From an uncultured Candidatus Saccharibacteria bacterium (GTDB taxonomy: Bacteria; Patescibacteriota; Minisyncoccia; Phycocordibacterales; UBA2100), in NCBI GenBank assembly GCA_964594735.1, contig CAZQMS010000001.1, forward strand, positions 1-60,522: DNA of 60,522 bases. Reading direction: 5' to 3'. Below are positions 1 to 8,226 of the stretch, piece after piece. The notes below the pieces were generated by a model. It saw only the letters and a program-made list of their open reading frames with translations. It was not told where the DNA came from and ran no database searches. Position 1 is the stretch's first letter. Each line of letters starts with the position of its first letter. The translations under genes were made by a program, and so were the position numbers.

Positions 1-115
1 CGGATTTGAATCGCGTAGGTTTTTTGCTGAGCCGCCTGCTTTTGTATGTGCCATATGGGTAGGGATTAGTTGGTAGGGAGTAGGGTATAGTTAGACCCAA
101 CAGCACAACCAACGC

Positions 116-475
116 ATGAGGAATATACAGGAATTGTGGCTAAAAGGCAAGGTGGCCCTGGGTCGTGGGGTGGGGGAATACGGCCTATTTCTGGCTATAA
201 CCCTCGCTATTCTAGCCTCCTTTGGTCTGGGGCGTCTTTCTGCCCTGGTGGACGCCAGGCCCCTTATAGAGGTCAGGGCGGCCGCTGCAGCGGCAGGGGA
301 GGCTATAGCCCCAGGTGGGTACTACGTAGCCTCGCGGACGGGGTCTGTCTACTACTTCCCGTGGTGCGCGGGGGCAGCCCAGATAGCGCCTCAGAACGAG
401 CGCTGGTTCCAGAGTGCCGAGGCAGCAGAGAGGGCAGGGTATAGACCGGCCAAGAATTGTAAGGGGTTAGAATAG
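116..475 (+). CDS. membrane-anchored hypothetical protein with C-terminal Cys-containing (Ada/sunset-like) motif
   Basis: ATG ORF of 119 aa. N-terminal hydrophobic helix (GLFLAITLAILASFGLG), Ala-rich linker, C-terminal YYFPWC...AGYRPAKNC motif. The family call is motif resemblance only. Confidence 0.55.
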   Translation: MRNIQELWLKGKVALGRGVGEYGLFLAITLAILASFGLGRLSALVDARPLIEVRAAAAAAGEAIAPGGYYVASRTGSVYYFPWCAGAAQIAPQNERWFQSAEAAERAGYRPAKNCKGLE

Positions 476-480
476 CCGGT

Positions 481-1101
481 ATGTCAGGGATAACACTAGA
501 GACATCTCACGAGGAAATTCTCAGCGAGATAGAGCGCATTCGGGTCATGTACCGACTAAAGAACACGATGCGGTATCTGAGTGTGCGCGACCACACCGTG
601 CATTCCGAATCGGTGGCTGAGCACCTCTTCGCGATGCAGGTAATAGCACAGTACTTTTATCCGCTTGAAGACCCGCTCGGCAAGCTTGATAGAGTGCGCG
701 TCAATGAACTCATGCTATTCCATGAAATTGGAGAGATTGAGACGGGCGACATCATCAATCATCGTAAAACAGCCGAGCACCGAGAACGAGAGAAGGAGGC
801 AGCCAAACGCGTCGTGACACTTTTGCCGGCCTCATTGCAGGCGCTGGCGATAGCCCGCTTCGATGAATTCGAGCGTCGCGAGACCGCCGAAGCGAAATAT
901 GCAAATGCAGTCGATAAAATAGAGCCGATATTTGAAATGTGGGATGCGAACATCGCACTCCCGCTTTTTAAGAAGTTCAATTACACGCGTGAGCATGCTC
1001 TAGATGCCAAACGACAGGCGACTGAAGGATATCCCTTCATGCGTCTGTTCGCCGATGCGTGGGAAAGTCGCGCGGTCGCGCTCGACACCTTTCCGTCGTA
1101 G
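481..1101 (+). CDS. HD-domain phosphohydrolase (YfbR-like 5'-nucleotidase family)
   Basis: 206 aa. Has ESVAEHLFAM and LFHEIGEIETGDI (an HD_3-type metal motif, here HE instead of HD). Starts 6 nt after the previous stop. Confidence 0.75.
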   Translation: MSGITLETSHEEILSEIERIRVMYRLKNTMRYLSVRDHTVHSESVAEHLFAMQVIAQYFYPLEDPLGKLDRVRVNELMLFHEIGEIETGDIINHRKTAEHREREKEAAKRVVTLLPASLQALAIARFDEFERRETAEAKYANAVDKIEPIFEMWDANIALPLFKKFNYTREHALDAKRQATEGYPFMRLFADAWESRAVALDTFPS

Positions 1102-1111
1102 AATACGCACC

Positions 1112-1705
1112 ATGATAGTACTCGACGTAGAAGCGACAGGGGTAGAGCCCCACAAGCATTCGATTGTCAGCCTCGGCGCTTTTGATTTCGCGAATCCGAC
1201 GAATCGTTTCTATATGGAATGCCGCGCGTGGGACGGGGCGCACATTATGGATGAGGCGCTCGCCGTCAACGGCTTTACGCGCGAGCAGGTGACAGATGCA
1301 GGCAAACCCAGCGAAGCCGATTTGACGCACGAGTTCCTGCGCTGGTCGGAGGGGGTAGAGGAGAGGACATTTGCTGGGCAGAACGTGTCCTTCGATAGAG
1401 ACTTTCTCAAAGAGGCCGCGATGCGCGCGGGGCACACAGATTGGCCCTTTGCACACCGCACCATAGATACGCACACGCTTTGCTACATGCACATGATAGA
1501 GCATGGCCTGCAGCCTCCGGTAAAGCATCGTCGGTCGGCGCTCAACCTCGATGCGGTGCTCAACTACTGCGGCATTCCCGAGGAGCCAAACCCTCACAAT
1601 GCGCTTACCGGTGCGCTCTGCCACGGCGAAGTCATATCTCGTCTGCTCTACAGCAGAAAACTCTTGCCGGAATTCGAGGAGTTCGATATACCCTGGAAGA
1701 AATAG
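1112..1705 (+). CDS. DEDDh 3'-5' exonuclease (DnaQ/epsilon-like)
   Basis: The ORF track starts at 1004 but overlaps the HD gene. The internal ATG at 1112 gives MIVLDVEATG (Exo I), QNVSFDRDFL (Exo II) and HNALTGALCHGE (Exo III, DEDDh). Confidence 0.75.
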   Translation: MIVLDVEATGVEPHKHSIVSLGAFDFANPTNRFYMECRAWDGAHIMDEALAVNGFTREQVTDAGKPSEADLTHEFLRWSEGVEERTFAGQNVSFDRDFLKEAAMRAGHTDWPFAHRTIDTHTLCYMHMIEHGLQPPVKHRRSALNLDAVLNYCGIPEEPNPHNALTGALCHGEVISRLLYSRKLLPEFEEFDIPWKK

Positions 1706-1731
1706 ACGGCAGCCTGGAGCGTCCGTAGCGT

Positions 1732-2226
1732 ATGCATACTATTCGTCGACTGGGCACGAAGCTCTCGCTCTTCCTTATCTGGGCTGCAGGGGCATCCCGC
1801 TACTGGCTCACCCTCTCGACGCAGAGCATCAGAGGAGTGCGCGTGATTGTCGTGGATGAGCGGCGCGTCCTCCTCGTCGCGCATTGGTACGCGCCATGGG
1901 CATGGACACTGCCGGGTGGTGGTGTGAGTAAGAACGAATCACCGGAAGATGCCGCGATGCGCGAGGTCAGAGAGGAGACGGGTCTTCGGGTGCGCTCGCT
2001 TGGTGGCACGGTAGGTACGTATGAGGGCACGTGGGGTCGGCATGATCTTGCGGTCGTCTACTGGACCGGCGACTTCGAGGGCTCGCTCGCACTCAAACCA
2101 AATCTAGAAATCATGGCACGCAGTTGGTTTGATATCGACACGCTGCCGGAAGAGCTCTCACCAGCCAATCGCCGCCGCATACATGCGTATCGCGATGGTG
2201 TGCGAGAGGAGAACGGAAAGTGGTAA
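1732..2226 (+). CDS. NUDIX hydrolase
   Basis: 164 aa with Nudix box LPGGGVSKNESPEDAAMREVREETGL. Confidence 0.85.
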   Translation: MHTIRRLGTKLSLFLIWAAGASRYWLTLSTQSIRGVRVIVVDERRVLLVAHWYAPWAWTLPGGGVSKNESPEDAAMREVREETGLRVRSLGGTVGTYEGTWGRHDLAVVYWTGDFEGSLALKPNLEIMARSWFDIDTLPEELSPANRRRIHAYRDGVREENGKW

Positions 2227-2250
2227 AGGACGTTTTGTTATACTTGTTAC

Positions 2251-2406
2251 ATGAACAAGTGGCCGAACGGTACCGGTATTGCAATAGGAATAGCGATTGG
2301 TCTCGCCATAGGGACGGCTATCGACAACATCGGTGCTGGGATAGCCATCGGAGTCGCAATCGGAATTGCAATTGATATGCAAAAGAAAAGCAAAGGCGAT
2401 GAATGA
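2251..2406 (+). CDS. small glycine-zipper membrane peptide (51 aa)
   Basis: Below the 60-aa cutoff of the ORF track. ATG 2251 to TGA 2404-2406. Translation: MNKWPNGTGIAIGIAIGLAIGTAIDNIGAGIAIGVAIGIAIDMQKKSKGDE, with repeated GxxxG/AIGIAIG zippers and a charged tail. The 75-aa antisense track ORF (2247..2474) looks like its shadow. Confidence 0.45.
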   Translation: MNKWPNGTGIAIGIAIGLAIGTAIDNIGAGIAIGVAIGIAIDMQKKSKGDE

Positions 2407-2745
2407 CTCCCCCGAGCTTTGAAAAGGGGAGGGGTGGATTGAGGTGAAATTTGGTACAGAAAAAACCTCAACAAAATTTCTTAGAAAATATTTTTTAACT
2501 GGCAGCAGGTGAGGGAGAGGGGTTGACACGAACTCTGCGAGCCGTGTTGTGGTGTGGATAACTCTTCATCTTCTCCCAGGGCGGCATGTCGCACAATATA
2601 CCTTTTGCGACACATACGCCTAGGTAAAGCCGCGCATTGCGCGTACACTCCATGCAGCCGTACGGTCTTTCGTGTCACTTCGGATTGTGCGGCTCTACAG
2701 CAGCAATTCGGCGGCTGTAGGTGCAACTTATCCCCCAACTACGTG

Positions 2746-2802
2746 CCCGGTCGCGCATCCTGCTTGTATCTACAAGCGAGATGCGGATCGGGCTTTTTCT
2801 TT
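2746..2802 (+). terminator. intrinsic terminator-like long hairpin plus T-tract
   Basis: cccggtcgcgcatcctgcttgta..tacaagcgagatgcggatcggg (about 20 bp imperfect stem) followed by ctttttcttt. There is no T-run on the opposite strand. Confidence 0.55.
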
Positions 2803-2848
2803 GCCGCATCCCCTACCGCGAAATTTTGCTTTTTTCGAGGGAGCCGCA

Positions 2849-3406
2849 TCAGATCTCTAAACTGCGCCATTTGGCGTAGGCGGTATCGAACTTTGTTCTG
2901 TTGAAGGTTACAACTGAATAATTTCTAACAGTTCCATCAGCCTGATCCTTGCTGAGTACACCTATCAGGTCAAAAATCAGGTTTGGAAAATCCTTCCTGT
3001 TTCCGGTCATGATGACAGAGTTTGGTGCATGGAGAGCCGAGCGTCCAGCCAGGAATAAGTCCACGACGCTAGCACCTTTACAACCATTATGGCCGTATAG
3101 ATAAGACAGTGTATATGCGTTTGCACGCACCTGTTGCACTACGGTCTGGTGGTCGACTGCGGGTATAAAAACCTCGTTGGCTAGGAATGATTCTTTGACA
3201 GCTCGTTCAGATGGCAAAAATACAGTTTGTAAAAACTCGAAGCGAGTTAGCGGGTCTATCAGCAGTGCCGCCTTCTTACTAAGCTCAAGAATTTGCGCCA
3301 GACTTTCATAATCGATGGCGAGAGCGGATAGAAAATCGTTGTCTAGGAATATGTACTTGCCCGCAAGTGAATCCTCAGTTAGCCCTGAAGAGACCACGAA
3401 GCTCAT
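2849..3406 (-). CDS. PIN-like domain protein (putative toxin/RNase)
   Basis: 185 aa. Acidic PIN-type positions are IFLDNDFL, VVDLFLAG and MTGNRKDF. Spot counts of 60-nt lines give about 37-42% GC, against about 55-60% in the flanks. Confidence 0.55.
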   Translation of the reverse strand: MSFVVSSGLTEDSLAGKYIFLDNDFLSALAIDYESLAQILELSKKAALLIDPLTRFEFLQTVFLPSERAVKESFLANEVFIPAVDHQTVVQQVRANAYTLSYLYGHNGCKGASVVDLFLAGRSALHAPNSVIMTGNRKDFPNLIFDLIGVLSKDQADGTVRNYSVVTFNRTKFDTAYAKWRSLEI

Positions 3407-3408
3407 GG

Positions 3409-3648
3409 CTATTCACTCGAGTCTTTCTGCTCCTCTATTCGTTTGTTCTTATCGATGATGACTTTCAGCTGTTCGAGAACTGACTTCTCGTGAACAATTG
3501 GCTCCCTGCGGCGCTCCACCGGCTGTGTGCCGATGTGCATTTCAAGCGGGGCAGGTTTAATCACTGCATCCTGCTTCTTCTTCATGCTCTGCATAATACT
3601 ACGAGTACTATCTTTTGCACTTCGCTTAATCCCCAACCGCTTCTTCAT
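3409..3648 (-). CDS. small basic protein, putative antitoxin-like partner of the PIN-like gene
   Basis: 79 aa, Lys/Arg-rich. Its stop lies 2 nt before the PIN-like start, and it shares the same AT-rich composition. No recognisable fold motif. Confidence 0.45.
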   Translation of the reverse strand: MKKRLGIKRSAKDSTRSIMQSMKKKQDAVIKPAPLEMHIGTQPVERRREPIVHEKSVLEQLKVIIDKNKRIEEQKDSSE

Positions 3649-3711
3649 ATGTAGAATCTGACGTTTTCAGTACGGATTTCTTATGAAAATTAGCGTGTCA
3701 TAATCCACCTC

Positions 3712-4365
3712 GTGACCTACCAAATACGGCTTCAGGAGGTTCTGACGGCGAAGGAGAGGGCGCTATTTGGACGGCTTGGTACCCCGCAAAAGGTGCAGGA
3801 TTGGCTCGATGCCCTACCGCTCAATTTTGAGTCGGGTGGGGAGACCTATATGTCCCCTCGCCGGCTTATTCGGGAAAAGCGCGCGCACTGTTTTGAGGGG
3901 GCGCTTTTCGCTGCTGCCGTACTCGCCTACCATGGCGAAAAGCCCATGCTCCTCGATTTCCAGACAGTGAAAGGTGACGATGACCACGTGGTCGCGCTTT
4001 TCAGGCAGAAGGGGTTCTGGGGCGCGATAAGCAAGACGAATCACGCGATACTTCGGTACCGTGACCCAGTGTATGCGACGGTTCGCGAGCTCGCGATGAG
4101 CTACTTTCACGAATACATGTTGGAAAATGGAAAGAAGACGATGGTCGCCTACTCTGCCTCATTCGACCTATCAAAATATGCTCCGGAAAAATGGGTGACT
4201 GCCGAGGATGACCTCGACTGGCTTGTGACAGCGCTCGATGAGAGTCGGCACTTCCCTATTGCGTCTAAGAAAAATATGCGGCTCGTGCGCCGCGGCAGCG
4301 AGGTAGAACGCCGCGCACTGAAGCATGTGGAATGGAGAGCGCAGGGCAAGCGCTCGAAACGCTAG
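3712..4365 (+). CDS. transglutaminase-like / papain-fold cysteine peptidase superfamily protein (putative)
   Basis: 217 aa with a GTG start. A Cys-His-Asp arrangement is suggested by RAHCFEGALFAA and DDDHVVALF. Confidence 0.5.
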   Translation: MTYQIRLQEVLTAKERALFGRLGTPQKVQDWLDALPLNFESGGETYMSPRRLIREKRAHCFEGALFAAAVLAYHGEKPMLLDFQTVKGDDDHVVALFRQKGFWGAISKTNHAILRYRDPVYATVRELAMSYFHEYMLENGKKTMVAYSASFDLSKYAPEKWVTAEDDLDWLVTALDESRHFPIASKKNMRLVRRGSEVERRALKHVEWRAQGKRSKR

Positions 4366-4382
4366 CCTTTGCGGCAGTTCGA

Positions 4383-5639
4383 CTAGCTCTGCAAATAGTT
4401 GAGCGGGTTTATGTACGCGTTGGTCGGGGCTATTGGCACGCTTACTGTCGAACCACTCTTGCACCTGTAGGATTTGAACGTGAGCGCGTCGGCGAGGTAC
4501 ACGGTGAAGTGCAGGTGCGGGCCTGTCGCGTAGCCGGTGTCGCCCGCGTATCCGAGTACTGAGCCGGTCGATATAGTCTGCCCCTTGGCTACGTGGATAT
4601 CGGAGAGGTGCGCATAAAGTGTCGCAAGGCCGTTGCCGTGCTTTACGATGACCCATTTTCCGTACTGGCAGTTGCGCACGGCGCCGTGATTGACCTCGAG
4701 CACCGTACCAGTGAGCACGGCGCGGACGGGCGTCCCGATCGATGCGCGCAGGTCGATGCCGTCGTGCGTTCCAGATGAATACAGACGTCCTGAAGAGGAC
4801 GTGCGGCCGAACTGTTGCGTGATGAACACGTTGTCGAGCGGCCAGCGGAATACACTGCCCGATGTTGGGACCTTCGATGGGTCGAGCGTGTACTCGAGCT
4901 GCGACGCGAGTTCAAAGAGTGCCGATTCGAATTGCTTCTTCTCCGCTTCTTTCTGCGTGATTATTTGCTGGTATGCGGATTCCTGTGACTTGGTCTGCTG
5001 CAGAAGCTCGTTCTGCGCACGGCGTGTCGCATCAAGCGAACCCTGCTGCGAAGAGAGCTGTTGCTGCTGTTTGAGAAGCTGCGCGCGCTTTTGTTCGGCC
5101 TGCGTTTTGGTGTCGGTGAGCGTCTGCTTTTCCTGCGCGAGCGCGTGGATGTCATCGCGTACAGCTTCTTGGATGGTGGCGAGCGCATCGACCGTCTGCC
5201 ATGTCTCGGTGATGTCTTCGGCAGAAAGAATCGCGAGCGCGAGTGGGCGCCTATCGGCATCGTGAAGAGCCCGGAGCGACTCTGCGAGTCCCGCACGATT
5301 GTTGTCTATCGAAACTTGCGCAGAGTCGATGCCCTGGTCAAGCTGCTGAATCTGCTTCTGCGTCGTCCCTATCTGATTCTTCGTCTTAGTGACTTCCGCG
5401 GTGAGCTTTTTTCGCTGCAGGTCGAGCTCGTTGAGTTTTGACTGGAGTGTCTGCTTCTGCGCGGATGTGGTTTTGAGCTGCGCCTCGTACTGCGCGATTT
5501 CCTTATCGAGGGCGTCGATTTGCGCACTGTGAGCGTTGATTTGCTGCTGGAGGTCATCGACACTCTGGCCTGCTGAATAGGCGGGAGCGAGCAGGGTACC
5601 TGCGACAAGTATGGCAAGAGCTGCCGTAAGGGTCCTCAT
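4383..5639 (-). CDS. M23 family metallopeptidase with long N-terminal coiled coil (EnvC-like)
   Basis: The track ORF extends to 5801. I use the ATG at 5639, which gives signal peptide MRTLTAALAILVAGTLLAPAYSA and an ATGA overlap with the gltX stop. Q/L/K-rich coiled coil, then HDGIDLRA and GPHLHFTV (HxxxD and HxH). Confidence 0.85.
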   Translation of the reverse strand: MRTLTAALAILVAGTLLAPAYSAGQSVDDLQQQINAHSAQIDALDKEIAQYEAQLKTTSAQKQTLQSKLNELDLQRKKLTAEVTKTKNQIGTTQKQIQQLDQGIDSAQVSIDNNRAGLAESLRALHDADRRPLALAILSAEDITETWQTVDALATIQEAVRDDIHALAQEKQTLTDTKTQAEQKRAQLLKQQQQLSSQQGSLDATRRAQNELLQQTKSQESAYQQIITQKEAEKKQFESALFELASQLEYTLDPSKVPTSGSVFRWPLDNVFITQQFGRTSSSGRLYSSGTHDGIDLRASIGTPVRAVLTGTVLEVNHGAVRNCQYGKWVIVKHGNGLATLYAHLSDIHVAKGQTISTGSVLGYAGDTGYATGPHLHFTVYLADALTFKSYRCKSGSTVSVPIAPTNAYINPLNYLQS

Positions 5640-6985
5640 GCGCCAAGGCCGTCTTGTGCAGCTTTCAGGCGCGCTAGAGTTTCCTCCTTGCCGATTGCAG
5701 CTGCGATAGTAAATGGGTCGGGGGACTTCGCTTTGCCTGAAAGCGCGAAGCGCATCGGCCACAAGACCGCTCCCCTCCCCTCGGCTGTAGCGTAATCCCA
5801 CACAGTATTCTTTAGACGTTCATACGAATTATATATTTCACTGTCAGCTTCAGACAAAAGTTCATGAATCCGCGCAAGATGGCGCGACGCAGTCGCCGCA
5901 TCACTCCCCTTGCCCGGCAGCTCGCTTGGCGCAGGCTCAGGCCGTTGGAAGAAGAAGTCCAGCTCACCCTCTTCGGTCATGCGGTCGATGTCGCCCCAGG
6001 TACTGATGCGCTCCTTAAGCGTGGGCAAAATCTTTTGCGCTATCCCCTCTTGAAAGCTCACACCGCGTGCCGCGAGTGCTTTGTGCAGGCGCTCGAGCGC
6101 GTGCGATGCAAATGTGGCGTCGTCGAGCTTCAGGAGGTACTCGCGGTTGTACCAGCGCAGCTTGTCGACATCGAATACCGCGCCGCTCTTGTGGAGGTCC
6201 TCGAGCTCGAACTCCGCGACCATCTCGTCGAGCGAGAGAATCTCTCTACCCGATGGCGGAGTCCAGCCGAGCGTGCCAATGAAATTGAGCAGTGCTTGCG
6301 GCAAGTAGCCTTCTGCGCGGTACTCCTTGACCGCGACGTCGCCTTTTCGCTTGGAGAGCTTCGAGCGGTCTGCGCCAAGAAAGAGCGGGTAGTGCGCGTA
6401 GAGCGGCCGCGCATAGCCAAGTGCCTCTTGAATGAGAATTTGGCGTGGCGTGTTGGAAATGTGTTCCTCGCCGCGTATGACATGGGTCACGCCATTCTCC
6501 GCATCGTCGACGACGACAGAGAGATGGTAGAGCGGGTCGTCTATGGCACGGGCAATGACGAAATCGCCGAGCTCGGTCGTGTCGAATGTAATCTCGCCGC
6601 GCACGATGTCGGAGAATGTCACCACGCTACCCGGATTGCGCAGGCGCACGGGTGCAACCATCACCGCAGGGTCTTTCTTGCTTGACTCCTCGGAGATGTA
6701 CGCTTTTCCCTCCTCGATGAGCTTCTCGAGCGCAGCGGTATACACGGGAGTGCGCTCTGACTGGCGCAGAAATTCGTCCCATTCGAGGCCAAGCCACTTG
6801 ATGCTCTCTATGATGTCCTCTTCAAACTCTGGCGTACTGCGCTCACGGTCGGTGTCTTCGCTTCTGAAGACTATAGTGCCGCCGCGTTTGCGCGCGAAGA
6901 GATAGTTGAGAAGCGCCATGCGTGCGGTGCCCACATGGCAATAGCCCGTCGGGCTCGGCGGGAATCTGACTTTGACGTTGCTCAT
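5636..6985 (-). CDS. gltX: glutamate--tRNA ligase
   Basis: 449 aa. RFPPSPTGYCHVGTARMALLNY (HIGH region) and KLSKR (KMSKS). Confidence 0.95.
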   Translation of the reverse strand: MSNVKVRFPPSPTGYCHVGTARMALLNYLFARKRGGTIVFRSEDTDRERSTPEFEEDIIESIKWLGLEWDEFLRQSERTPVYTAALEKLIEEGKAYISEESSKKDPAVMVAPVRLRNPGSVVTFSDIVRGEITFDTTELGDFVIARAIDDPLYHLSVVVDDAENGVTHVIRGEEHISNTPRQILIQEALGYARPLYAHYPLFLGADRSKLSKRKGDVAVKEYRAEGYLPQALLNFIGTLGWTPPSGREILSLDEMVAEFELEDLHKSGAVFDVDKLRWYNREYLLKLDDATFASHALERLHKALAARGVSFQEGIAQKILPTLKERISTWGDIDRMTEEGELDFFFQRPEPAPSELPGKGSDAATASRHLARIHELLSEADSEIYNSYERLKNTVWDYATAEGRGAVLWPMRFALSGKAKSPDPFTIAAAIGKEETLARLKAAQDGLGA

Positions 6986-8133
6986 ACGGGCTCGTGTTCG
7001 AGTGCTGTCTCGACGATGATAGTGCCTATCTTACGCGCTGCAGCAGGTCGTGCATAGGCCTTGGCCGCTTCGCTCATCTTGGCCATTTTTTCTTTGTCTT
7101 GCATGAGGCGGTCGATTTCCGCAGACAGGATGTGCGAGGTGAGGTTGCGCTGCTCTATCACCACCGCACCCCCTGCGCGCGCGTAGGAAAACGCATTCTC
7201 TGTCTGGTCATGCGAGATGTCCTCAGGAATCGGAACGAGGATGGCGGGAATGCCCCAGCTCGCTATCTCAAAGATGGTGCCGCTCCCTGCCCTCGCGACG
7301 ATGACCGAGGTGATGCCGGCAGCCATGCGTATCGCAAGTGTGTTGAGGAGTCCAAAGGCGCGGTAGTGGTTGTCGGGTGCGTCTTTGAGGACCAGCTTCG
7401 AGACTCCGCTCACCTCTTCGAGATTTGCCGCCCCTGCCTGGTGAATGACATTGTAGCGTTGAACCAGGTCAGGCAGTGCATCAAGTACGGTTTCATTTAT
7501 TTTCTGCGCGCCCTGAGAGCCGCCCATCACCATGACGGTCGGCACACTCGGGTCGAGCTTGAGGAATTCGTGTCCGCCCTCTTTGGCGACTGACTCAATC
7601 TCTTTGCGGATAGGGTGCCCCGTGCGCGCGATGCGGTCACGGACTTTTTCTGGAAAGAACGCAGCGGCTTCTACGTGCGCGAGTGCAATGCGGTGTGCGA
7701 ACTTGCCTGACCAAAGCGAGACGCGGCCAGGCTTTGCATCAGCATCGTAGATGACGACGGGAATGCGCAAGAGTCGCGCTGCGACCAGTGTGGGAAATGC
7801 GGCGTATCCGCCCGAAGAAAAGACGACATCAGGGTACAGCCGATAGAGATGCAGTGTGGAGCGGAATATCCCGAATGCTGATTTGAAGAAATCCCAGATA
7901 TTGAGGGCGCTCGTGTACCGGCGCAGTTTCCCCGCTGGTGATGGATGGTAGATGATGTCGTGTTCTTGAAGTGCTACTTGGTCAAAAGGGGTCGGGCCAA
8001 TGTAGATAAGCTCGGGCTCGATGAGCGTGCGCTCAAGGGATATGTCTTGAATAGCCTGCGCGACCGCGACGAGCGGATAGAAATGGCCTCCGGTGCCTCC
8101 CCCTGCGAGCACAATACGCATATGTCGCCCCAT
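6982..8133 (-). CDS. murG: UDP-N-acetylglucosamine--N-acetylmuramyl-(pentapeptide) pyrophosphoryl-undecaprenol GlcNAc transferase
   Basis: 383 aa. RIVLAGGGTGGHFYP, C-terminal GT28 region. 4-nt overlap with the gltX start. An alternative ATG lies at 8121. Confidence 0.9.
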   Translation of the reverse strand: MGRHMRIVLAGGGTGGHFYPLVAVAQAIQDISLERTLIEPELIYIGPTPFDQVALQEHDIIYHPSPAGKLRRYTSALNIWDFFKSAFGIFRSTLHLYRLYPDVVFSSGGYAAFPTLVAARLLRIPVVIYDADAKPGRVSLWSGKFAHRIALAHVEAAAFFPEKVRDRIARTGHPIRKEIESVAKEGGHEFLKLDPSVPTVMVMGGSQGAQKINETVLDALPDLVQRYNVIHQAGAANLEEVSGVSKLVLKDAPDNHYRAFGLLNTLAIRMAAGITSVIVARAGSGTIFEIASWGIPAILVPIPEDISHDQTENAFSYARAGGAVVIEQRNLTSHILSAEIDRLMQDKEKMAKMSEAAKAYARPAAARKIGTIIVETALEHEPV

Positions 8134-8226
8134 TATGCCACGAAAGATACGAGGCTCTCAGGCGACGCACAGGGCAATCCGATGCCGTGCCCTGGGCACC
8201 TTGCAAAGGGTTCCCCTTTGCAAGCG

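Noticed and set aside
1-30. cggatttgaatcgcg at the window edge looked like a tRNA T-loop fragment, followed by tttttt.
   Set aside because: I cannot form a consistent 5-bp T-stem around a TTCRANY loop on either strand, and too little sequence is visible.
1004-1111. N-terminal extensions offered by the ORF track. Examples: exonuclease from 1004, M23 from 5801, carboxypeptidase from 11570, dnaK from 24681, RAYT from 25705, MgtC from 41130, mnmA from 43472, dnaB from 47736, rplU from 51014, membrane protein from 55281, kinase from 59564.
   Set aside because: The extensions overlap the preceding gene or read through palindromes and spacers, and are Arg/Ser/Pro-rich. Each has an internal ATG that restores the canonical family N-terminus or signal/TM segment.
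2407-2802. Tried to identify the spacer as RNase P RNA, tmRNA, SRP RNA, or a group II intron domain V (because of gccgtacggtc).
   Set aside because: On either strand there is no GGAAAGUCC/P4 signature, no tRNA-like acceptor/T-arm 3' end, and no resume-codon tag frame. There is no GGAA-tetraloop/AGCA domain-IV pattern. The CGTACGG match lacks the paired 5' half of a domain V.
2554-2904. 116-aa plus-strand ORF, plus 2481..2738 minus and 2672..2860 plus, in the structured spacer.
   Set aside because: They are Cys/Arg-rich low-complexity translations that cross the strong terminator hairpin and have no RBS. The region is treated as non-coding.
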